Positions 45,001-55,929 of a stretch of DNA of 64,000 nt are shown in pieces (position 1 is the first letter of the stretch; each line of letters starts with the position of its first letter). This DNA is from Tubiluchus corallicola (taxonomy: Eukaryota; Animalia; Priapulida), in NCBI GenBank assembly GCA_030141605.1, contig JAQGDQ010000909.1:17353-81352 (forward strand). Reading direction: 5' to 3'. A program made the position numbers and the translations under genes. The notes under the pieces are model-generated. The model was not told where the DNA came from and made no database searches. It saw only the letters and a program-made list of their open reading frames with translations.

Positions 45001-45507
45001 CTGCCATGAACTAGTGCCTCTTAAGTAGTTAGATGGGTTTTTCGGAAGCCTACGGAAGCACATTGTTAACCATGCACGTTAAGTGTGCCTTGACACTGAG
45101 TGGCTTATAGAGGTCTGAACTGAAAACCACAATAATTAAGGCTCAAGTTGGTTGTCTAAGCTGATGTAGAAGATGCTGAAAAGCCAAACGCTAATGCTGA
45201 AATCTTTCAAATTAAGCATTGTGCACATTCTCTGGTTACTTGGCTTTTAATTTCGCGTTTTTTTTCAGATAGTCCGTTATATTGCAACTGTAGCATGAAA
45301 TGGTTGAAGTCAGAACTGTGGGTTGCTTCAGTATTTGATTGTAAAGTACCAAGTTTTCAGCACGATAAAGGTGAAATGCCACTCTCTTTGTTTTGTGATT
45401 CCGAGAATCCTGCAAATCGACATCTCATTGTACATTCTACTGCTAGTCAAGCTGCAAAAATACAATGTGTTTATTTCTTTTTATTCATCAAACGTGTAGC
45501 CTTATAG
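39075..45507 (+). CDS. Gene A: 5-exon, 4-module cysteine-capped LRR protein, ~1005 aa, signal peptide, GPI-signal-like tail
   Basis: Exons 39075-39702, 40303-41010, 41866-42531, 43947-44723, 45269-45507 (628/708/666/777/239 nt). Junctions FL-E-NQLICNC, LT-N-NRLYCNC, LA-G-NSIPCGC, LK-D-SPLYCNC. Tail HSTASQAAKIQCVYFFLFIKRVAL. Confidence 0.87.
42542..43313. mobile_element. Intronic insertion in gene A intron 3 with LINE ORF2 C-terminal fragment (43066-43281, +)
   Basis: Lies between two copies of a 41-bp sequence (42501-42541, 43314-43354; 2 mismatches). Gene B has one copy and no insert. SFFPATAFDWNNL motif. Confidence 0.55.
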
Positions 45508-47508
45508 GTATTTGGCCAAAATTTGTGAATGCTTCTACTGTACCTTTTACTTTAACTCACTTTGATTAAACTGTGTGCTGTAAGGCATTTTGTCAACTTA
45601 CTTCTCGATATGTTAGATAACAAGGATATTAAATGTATATTTATGTTTATATATTATATTTATATATTATATTTATATATTATGTTTATATATTTATTGG
45701 GATTCACAATTACAAATTACACAGGGCACACACTGATTATAAAGATACAATTACACACACGTATGGTGCTACAAAAAAACCTTATCAAGAACACAATGAC
45801 ACAAGTCAAACTCAACAATTTAAACCACAGACACAACATCAAACCTTGACGTGTATATCCATAATAAACATGTGACAAATTCTGACAAATATGCAGCGTA
45901 GACTTTGTTCTCTGATTTTCATTTTGGCATTTTATCCAAATTTAACAAATTTTGTGTAAAAGCAAAAGAACAAAATGGAGTTCAGGTCATTTGTTCATTT
46001 TTAGCGTTTCTTTTTCCAGCAGAAATTAATCTTCGTTGGAGTAGAACTAATCAATGACAAGTTTGGTTCCACTTCTTTATGAAAGAATATTTTAATGAAA
46101 ATATGTTAAGAGTGGGAGAGCAATGAAGACCGAAGCTCTCTAAAACCATCCTCGTTAACCATGTGTCGATAGCAAGGACGAACTGTACTTATCAGAATTT
46201 TTTTATTGGAAAAAAGGTGTTAGTAGCTGGAGACCTGGAAGGACTGTAACTTACTGGAGCAATTGTAAGTAACCAAACTGGATGGTGATACTGTGATGGG
46301 AACACAAAAGAATTTCCTTCATAGCATATGGTTTACTCAGAAATCTTTATTTCTGAAAAATTTAAAAAACTGAAAATAATAAATTTGACTGCTTTCACTG
46401 CTTACAAACTTATAATGATCTAATTATTATAATTTAAGATAATAAAAGTAAATATTACTCACATCGTGCGGTTATAACAACCTAATACATCCTTGGAACG
46501 TCATACTGATTTGCTGCAAATCAGGTAGAGACGCTACAAATAATTACTTGAAAATTTATCTAAACATTATTTAACATTTACTGAGGCTTCTGTAAGCGTG
46601 TTTAGCGAGGCACAACCTAATTTACAACTTCACAGGTAAAATTACAAGTAAATTCACATAGGTGCTGCCACCTACATGTTAAGGCCAGAACCTGACCTTA
46701 ACAAATACCTTGTAGTGAAGGCGAGCAGAAATTTTTCTCGTCACGATTTTTTGTTAAGAAAACATGTAAGCTGGGAGGACAGCAAAAAATGAAATTTATC
46801 AGAGAATTTGTTAGTGACTGTTTTGCTCTATTGATCGATTCCTTCTAGGGAAAGAAATGCTGTCATATAAACGTTTAATTTATGTATAACTGATTAGATT
46901 TTATTAGGCATGACAACTGTATGCACAGCTAGAATGATACTCGATACATATAAATAATAATGCTATTAAGACTGCTATGACGTAATTAGTAATAACGAAG
47001 AATTTATGTCAGGTTAACTAAAGTGACCGTATCAAAAAGTACGAAAAGTCTTGAAAAAAAATTAACATAAATTGTTGCCCAATTAATCAAACATGAACTT
47101 TACAAACGTTTTAGAATATTTTTGATTTATGATTTAGAAATCCTATAAAACCTTCCTTCAGATTTTTGTATAAAATTGCACATGATGTGCTATTCAAAAT
47201 TAGTTTAAAATGTCCTGCAGTAACAACAATATGACTCTCTTGACAAACTGATCTCATTAATTTATAAAATAAAGATTCTTCTATTACATTTGGGAGGGCA
47301 TTGTTTTGGGCTGAAACTTGTCCTCTACACATTTGTACCCTTTCGGACATTTTTCTTTGTTCGGCAATGAATAATGACAGTGTTTTATACGTCTTAATAT
47401 TCTAATCATTGTCTTCAATTTTGAATGAATATTGCAAACGAATTGTTATTCTGACCATTGCTTTGCAATTTGAATATATATTCTGTTTGTATTCCATTTC
47501 TTTAACAC

Positions 47509-48089
47509 TGATGTATGAGGAATGGTGTCGTTTCTATGCTTCTGTCATATAATGTGTGAGGAATGGTGTCGTTTCTATGCTTCTGTCATATGATGTGTGA
47601 GGAATGGTGTCGTTTCTATGCTTCTGTCATATGATGTATACGGAATGGTTTTGTTTCTATGCTTCTGTCATATGATGTATAAGGAATGGTGTCGTTTCTA
47701 TGCTTCTGTCATATGATGTATACGGAATGGTGTTGTTTCTATGCTTCTGTCATATGATGTATACGGAATGGTGATGTTTCTATGCTTCTGTCATATGATT
47801 TGTGAGGAATGGTGTCGTTTCTATGCTTCTGTCATATGATGTGCGAGGAATGGTGTTGTTTCTATGCTTCTGTCATATGATGTGTGAGGAATGGTGTTGT
47901 TTCTATGCTTCTGTCATATGATGTATACGGAATGGTGATGTTTCTATGCTTCTGTCATATGATGTATACGGAATTGTGATGTTTCTATGCTTCTGTCATA
48001 TGATGTGTGAGGAATGGTGTTGTTTCTATGCTTCTGTCATATGATGTATAAGGAATGGTGTCGTTTCTATGCTTCTGTCATATAATGTA
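47509..48089. repeat. 41-bp minisatellite, ~14 copies, upstream of gene C
   Basis: Unit ~TGATGTGTGAGGAATGGTGTCGTTTCTATGCTTCTGTCATA; period 41 (aatgg at 47521 and 47562); head-to-tail with no spacers. Confidence 0.95.
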
Positions 48090-48440
48090 TCACTCCAAAT
48101 TTTTGTTCGAGGTATTAGTAGTTCATTTTTGCCAAAGAATTAGCCAACTGCTTGGACTCATCAAACTTCATTGTTTATGAACAACATAAGCATAAATATA
48201 ACAAACTCTGTAACTTTCCTGGCTCTGTAGTTTATTCCAACCAATGGATGATGTCATTGTCTCTGTAACAATGAATTCATGCCTCTTTTTCTTCTATTGT
48301 TCTTGAATAAAATTCGACAAAAATTTATTTTGAAACCAGCTCAAGGTAGATCTCTAATTTAGCGCATTGAAAACGATTTGCCTACATAGTTAATTGAGAA
48401 TGATTTTTATTTACTGTAATTTAATGACTTCTTGTGTGGC

Positions 48441-49425
48441 ATGCTCAGCTATCTTGTAATGATATCACTTTGCATAGTGGTTCCAACTGCTTACTCAAAC
48501 TCCAAAATCAAAAAGCTTCCATGTGGCCCTCAATGGAAAGTGAAATGCAACAGTAACTGTTCTTTCGAAACACATGTGACTATTTACACACCAAGTGGTA
48601 TACAATGCCACGTTTGGTGTGGAGAAAATGTATCACTGAGTGCTGCAGTGCTCCACTATATAATGCAGCAGGAGCCAAATGATGTATATGAGCTGCTAAT
48701 ATGTACCTATCAGAACTCTGAGCTACCTGTACGATTTCTTGAAGGAAAACAAGTGACTGAACTGCTGTTTCAATTTTCTCCTAAACTTGAAACAATTGGA
48801 GAAAATGCTTTCCTTGGAGATGTTAGAACTTTGTACATACACTTTAATTACGAATTGAAATCCTTGCATCCTAGAGCTTTTGCCAAGTTGGCGAATCTCT
48901 CAACTTTGCATATTACCTACTCAAGTTATTTGGATATACAAAGTCTGGACTTTTCTGAAAATCCCAAGCTTTTGATGCTAACTATAGCGAAAACGGCTAC
49001 AGATTTTTTAGCAAAACCAAGTTTTCATCCAAGCATGTCACCTGGGAAAGCATCTCTGTATTTCTTGGGTAAGTTTCTCTAACACTCAATTAGACTATTA
49101 ATTATTTCTTAAGAAAAAGCACACTACTGACCAAAAGGCGCACTATTAGTATGCATTTTAGGTCAGTTACTTTTAATCTTAATGTCGAGATTATTAATAA
49201 TGATGTTAAAAACCCACAATTAGTAAAACTGGAAACTGAATTTGTAAAAAGCGAAATGTGGAAAAGTTAGAACGTAGGCGGAATCTAAACAAGATGCTTC
49301 ATGCTGACATGACAGATGGCATGTTTACTAGACACTTTGTTCACCATCAACCACAAAAGTGGTACTGAGAATGACAATTATGATAATGATAATGATAACG
49401 ATTTTAAAAATAACAATAGCGATTG

Positions 49426-49466
<41 letters not shown>

Positions 49467-52400
49467 TTGATGATGATGATGATGATGATGATGCACGATA
49501 ATGACGATGAAGATGACGAGGAGGAGGATGGCGACAATGAAGACAAGAAGGAAGGCTGGTAACACAATAACAATAACAATGCTCTTTACTTAAAATCAGT
49601 CTTTATTTTAATTTTAAATATAAGCCTAAAGATCTACCTTGTAACTGAAACATTCATTTGTGTTTTTAGATAATAAACTGATATGTAATTGCTCCATGCG
49701 ATGGACAAAGGAACTGAACTGGAAACGTTCCATTATACAATGTAAAGAACCATCAACATCTCGCATGAGGCTGGAAGATTTTGACTACCTGTGTTATGGC
49801 ATTCCAACAGGACCTACAACAATGTATCCACCATCAACACCTGCTCCACAATTGCCAAATTTGTGTGGTGATGAAATACCACCAATCATCTGTGTAATTG
49901 TCAACAGAAATCCATGCAGGATAGTGTGTGGTAAATTTTCCTGGCTTTATTTATACAATGTACAGATGGTAAGTGCTGGTTTGCCCGCTTATGTGGAACA
50001 TTTTGAGTTGTGGAATTATGTAGAAATCCACTTTCCGAGACCGTTCTTAGAAAAAAAGTCACTTAGTGTGCTACAGATACACCAGTTAAGTATGGAACGC
50101 CTGAGAGCCTCGTTTCTACATGCCAATGTTACATCTTCCTTATGGTTAATAAACAATGACAACCTAACTTATATCAACTCAAAAGCATTTAGCAGTATGG
50201 AATATGTTAGAAGTATTCACATAATCGGTTGCAAAAAGCTGACTACTCTAAACTTGGACTTATCCTATAATCACAGGATTACTAATATTGTAATATCGGA
50301 AACTGGACTACAGCGCATGGACATGCCTGTCATGCATAGTCAGACGATGCCAGAAGATGTGATCCTGTCTCTTACAGGTATGTAGTAGTAACCAAAGTAT
50401 CACTAGGTAAGTAGACGGGGTAAGTAATGTTAGCGAAAAGAATTGCTTTTGTTTATTGCATGACAGCTCTGCCACCATAGATTGTAACTTTGGTGCACAC
50501 TTTGCAACCACAGATAAGTAATCTAGGTCAAGTAAGTGCAATAGACGGACAAACACTGAGTCACCTAGACCAACACAGTATCCTGTCATATCCCAGGATT
50601 TTCCTTTCTTGAGGGAACATCTAGCCATAGCGATGGTAGCTAAGAAATCTCTGCCAGTACAGTGAATCTCATTACCTCACATCTCGTGTTCTGTTTGCAC
50701 CAAAATTATTTTAATTAACGAGAACAACTGTTGTGTGCTTGTCTCATTGTGCTTTGTGACTATCATTGTGCATAGAACAAAACTTGCAATATGAAGGTCG
50801 TGGATATTTTTGCTGGGTGTATTAGTGTAAGAGAAGCTCGCTTTTTGTTTGGGAGTCACGAGCCCAATCAACACTCAACTAACAACTAATGAATAACGAA
50901 ATTTGTGTACATTCGTGGAATGGTGACCTGGCTGAGGGTAACGAGAAATATTAGAGTTGGCCAATCAGAAAGAAGTACTGAATCTAGGAGTTGAAAGTTG
51001 TTTTTAGTTTCGAAACACCTCAACCTGTTTATGCTTTGCAGATAAAAAAAGGAAGCTTTGAGCAAAAGTAGCCACTTTACAATTACAATATTCTAATCCG
51101 TGATCTTCCACTTTCAGATAATCCACTGTACTGTAATTGCAGCATGGAGTGGACAAAAACCAGAAACTGGAGAGATTCACAAATTGACTGTGAGACACCG
51201 CCGAGAAAGCATACGATAAACGAAATACAAATTGGAGAATTTATTGGATGCATGAAGGCAGACTGTGGAATCGAACTTCACCGATGTATTGTAGTGGAAT
51301 TCCTGGATGAACGAGGAGGATGTTTTGTTGCTTGCGGTTATTACGAAAAAATCTAAGCAGCTGATCTGACACTGATATTAAGTTCACTGCCTTACTGGAC
51401 ACGACGCTTTTGTATTGCTAATTACCAAGGCAAGGAACTGCCTAGAAATTTCTTGAATTCAAAGAACGTTGATGAACTTGAAATTGTGGATTCCGAAATC
51501 GAATTACTTAACGGTGCATCAATTTATGGCACCGTTAATGAAGCAATAAAGTTGAAACGTCTCCAAAAGTTAACAAAAATTTTTCCCAAGGCATTTGAAC
51601 GAATAAACACCGTCAAACGAATCATAATCTACACTTGTCCAAAACTAAAAACAGCAAATCTAGATTTATCAAACAATTTGATGATAAGTAAGATTGACAT
51701 AAGAAAAACAGGACTGGAACACCTGGATATGCCAAAGCTGCACCCGTCCAGGCCATCCCAGTTAATTTCACTAGAATTAGCAGGTAAGCAACAAAAGCTT
51801 TTGAAGGGAGCATGTTGTTTTTTAAGAGGTATCTTCAATTTTTAGGGAATCCAACAATTGTATATCACTACAATATTTTTTCAGGCAATTCTGTTCCATG
51901 TGGATGCACTCTCTTCTGGGCACGAGGCAGAAATTGGAAAGATTCTACTGTTAAATGCTCATATTGTTACAAATACGACTGCAGGATTGTTCCACCTGTT
52001 GGGGGATGGCTTCGTTGCAAAGAGGAATGCTCAAATAGGTGGCTTTCTAATGCAGACATCGCACAATGTGATGCAACAACAAGCACACTGATACCGCCTC
52101 CAGTAACGCCAACAAGTGTCTCATTTTATCCATGTGATGTTCCCATGGCAGAATGCAGGTCTTGGGACTCAAAGGCGTGGTCTGCACTTGGTGAATGCAA
52201 TGTTGTATGTGGTGAGCTTGATGCACAGCTGTTCGAGGAAAAACTAACTTTGATTTGGAAGGTGTTGCCATGCGAAATGGAGACGCTTAACATTTTGAAT
52301 TACAAGTCGAAGCAGCTGCCTGCAAAATTTCTTGATAAAAAATACGTGGCTGAGTTGACTATCATGCAGTCTGATTTAGAAGAATTAGGAGCAAATGCAA

Positions 52401-53782
52401 TGTATGGTCATATCGAATCAAGCATAACGATTTCTCATAATGACAAGTTAAAGGCAATTCATCCAAAAGCCTTAGGTTTATAAAGTAAAACAGATAATCA
52501 TCACTGATTGTAAACAGCTAGTAAATGCAGACCTGGACCTGTCCAACAACTATAAGATTGCATCAATCATCTTCATAGGGACAAACATTCAATACATGCA
52601 AAAGCCAATACTTCACAAACAAAGAAATCCCACAGATATATTACTACATTTAACAGGTGAGTTCATTTTCCAATTTTTAGACTGGATAACTAGCCTGTTT
52701 GCAGGATGACGAAAGGATAAAATTGTTCAATTAAAATTGTTAAAACAAATTAAAACAATTGGTCAATATTACTGTTGTGTGACTCTAATAGTGCATTCAG
52801 ACTAGTTAGATTTTTTGTCAAGTAAATTCAATTTGCGAGCATGTTCAGACTCGAGTTACTCTCCGACAGTAATCGCGAGCTGATTCTCACTTCACTATTC
52901 ACTGCGAGAAATGTTGAAAGTAACTTGCCGAAGCGTTCACACGTGACAGGAAATCAACTGGCAGCAACTGTCAGAGAGTCAGTGATAACTTACTGACAGT
53001 AACTCGCAAAGCAGTTTGTGACGCCTGGCTTTACTTGTTGGTTTTCTGTTCTTTATTTAAAGCAGATTTACTTCAACAATTCCCAAACTAGTACTCCTAA
53101 TCGAGCGGTGAGGTAGTAGTACACAGATGTTAGTAGTTTAGAAACTGAATCAGTTTCTCATAGGTACCTCTACGGGGCATGCCTTGAGACAAAAGATATG
53201 GGTTCGAATCACGAGTGGGATCTTAAGTGTCGGTCTTGAGTTGTTGTTATTGTGTTTAGCTAACAAAGTGTGAACTATTCATAACATTTTTACTCTCTTG
53301 CGAGTTGGACCACCTGCCAATAAACTAAACCACTGGTTCTCAAACAGCCGGAAGGTCATGCTGAATTTTTTCAAATTAAGAATTGTGCACATTCTCTTTA
53401 ACGAAAAATCAGTTACTTGGGTTTTAATTTCGCGTTTTTTTCAGATAGTCCGTTATATTGCAACTGCAGCATGAAATGGTTGAAATCAGAACTGTGGGTT
53501 GCTTCATTATTTGATTGTGAAGTACCAAGTTATCAGCACGATGAAGGCGAAATGCCACTGTCATTGTTTTGTGATCCTGAAAATCCTGCAAATCTACATC
53601 CTGTTTCTCACTCTGCTTCTGTTCAGGCTTCAAGAATACAGTTTGTTTGCATCTACTTAATTGGAATTTTTCTCACACGTATAAATCACACCTGTGGGTG
53701 TTTTACTAACGTTTGTAGGTATTTTTCTCTCTTAAGTTTTATGAGTGATAAAATTATCAGTTGTAGTGCACTTTGTCAATAA
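48441..53782 (+). pseudogene. Gene C: third 5-exon LRR paralogue, disrupted in exons 3 and 4
   Basis: Exons 48441-49068, 49670-50377, 51118-51783, 51885-52656, 53445-53782. TAT to TAA nonsense at 51354-51356. 5-bp deletion at ~52473 (GCC TT[TTACA]AG GTT; exon 772 vs 777 nt). Exon 5 runs ~30 codons longer than in A/B. Splice sites intact. Confidence 0.85.
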
Positions 53783-55929
53783 CTTCTACGAATCTTCGAA
53801 GACAAGTAAAGATATCAGCAAACTGTAGATGACTATAAAATAATTTAGCAACTTTTTCAATAACGTTTCGATTCTATATGTCAAATTGTGACCTGTATTG
53901 TATATGTTTTTGATGTTATACTTTAAACGTCATTGTATCGCCTTCCCAGTGTGCACCACTGGCTCACCAAAAGACACGGTATTGAACTTATCGACAATAT
54001 AAGCAATTCAATCTCTTGCTTAGTTAGCAAAGAGTGAGCTATGAAGGCTGTGATTATTTTATAAACATTTCATAATGTTGTCTAAACTTGTTTCAAGCGA
54101 TTTACTTGTTTCAAGCGATTTCATTGAACTCAGTTTTGCACATCAGTGATGCAAGCAGTATGCAACAGAACAACATGTAAGTGACGCAACATTTCAAAAC
54201 GAATTTTTCAAGCTTTTTTATGAAGTGCGCTTTAATGTTTTTCATTGCATAACCCTCTTACACTTTTCAAATTCTTTAAATGGCGCAAAACAAATCTATA
54301 TTAGTAGAACGAATAAGTGAAACTAGAGAAATGCCAACAACAATTCTATAGAAGCGCATTTTCTGAATACTGACTAACATTTTCACAAATTGCTCACAGA
54401 TGACGCTGCAAACATAGAGCTGATGATTTAATAGTGTCTCGACTCTGGCACTTCTATAAATAGTGTGTATCAGTATAAGGAAAATACGACACCAGAAAAC
54501 TTTATTTTAATGTGTAACGCTGCACATTCGTCAAATGCTAAAACCTAAAATTTCCAACAATGTGTAGTAAATATTTTATTTGAGAAGGATGTATTCTAAT
54601 ACCATTCTTGTTTAAAGCACAAGAAAACCCTTCATAAACATAAAGCTTAAGAAATTCGTTTTGAAATTTTATATCACTTACATACTACCTTTTTGCGTGC
54701 AGAACTTCAATCGGAAGTCACGCTGTGTAAAACATGTAAATTTAAACGCCCGCGATGACCGTTAGACGCAGCCATTTTGACGACAGGTCATTTGAAACAA
54801 GTTTAGATAACATTTTGTAAAGTTTGGAAAAATAATCAGAGCATTCGTAGCACACAAGTCACTAACTAAATAAAATTTAAAATTACTGTATCTTGTCAAT
54901 AAGATTAAAAATACGTTTTTTGTTATTGAGTTGTGCACCCTGGAGGGTGAGTCAGCGACATTTTACCAACTAGTGAAAACATTTTAAATAATTAATAATT
55001 GCTTTTCTAGTTACATAAGTCTTTCTAGTAGGTAAGCGAAAATCTAAGTAATATAGATTTGCACGGAAAGTCTTTTGAGATATAATTTAACATTGCCTTT
55101 TTCCCTTCATTTACGTTTGGTGCATGACGTCATGTAATGGCGACTTCGGAACAGTATTGCGGGAGATTTAAAATGAAAACAAACTAAAATTCCTTTCAGT
55201 GCGAGTAAGATATACGCATAAACTTGCTATGACGTCATATAATTTTTTAAGGCGATTTAAGGAGTTTCACATGAATTATAACAATTCAGTTGTCAATTCG
55301 CACCTGCTAACAGTAACAGAACTTCTGAACTTCTTTCTAATTCACTTCTTTTCTCTTCTTCTCTATCTCTGTCTATTATTCTACCTTAACTACTCCCTGT
55401 TTTTCTATAATTCTCTCTCCTGTAAATTAAGCCATTTTTTTTTACTTTTCCTGGTGGTCTTACAAGCTTTGCTTCTTGACCACCATGCAGCATCTATTTC
55501 TTGTTGACAAACTATTATGTAGTTTAGTAACTATGTTAGTATACTTCTGTTAAATTTTTGTAATTATATTTGAAATTTTTCCCTAACTATATCATGCTAT
55601 AGTATACTAATGTAGTTCTGTTACAATTAATGTAACTATATTTCATTTTCTAATTATAGGGCATAATAGTTAAAGATAATAATGCAAATTGTAATAGAAA
55701 AATACAAGCTGAAATGGTAATAAATTACAAATTACAAAATTACAACAATCATAATGTGTATTTACTAAAAATACAAAAACAAATTGTAACAAGTAACGAT
55801 AAAATTTCACTTGGCTAGTAGAAACTAGTATATATATAAGCCTATAGACATTAGGAACAGATTCCACACTATCATATGATTAAAACTTCAAGACTTAACA
55901 GGGGTTCTGGCTGAAACTTTTCTTGTTAA

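Noticed and set aside
31009-45507. Naming these genes as Toll/TLR, slit, chaoptin or VLR orthologues
   Set aside because: No TIR, EGF or other diagnostic domain is visible and the LRRs are atypical; only architectural analogy is supportable, so no gene symbol is given.
47509-48089. CRISPR-like appearance of the 41-bp array
   Set aside because: Units are contiguous with only minor variants; no unique spacers, no cas genes, eukaryotic context.
53130-53230. Possible tRNA (B-box-like GGTTCGAATC at ~53202)
   Set aside because: No cloverleaf could be built; at most a decayed SINE head.
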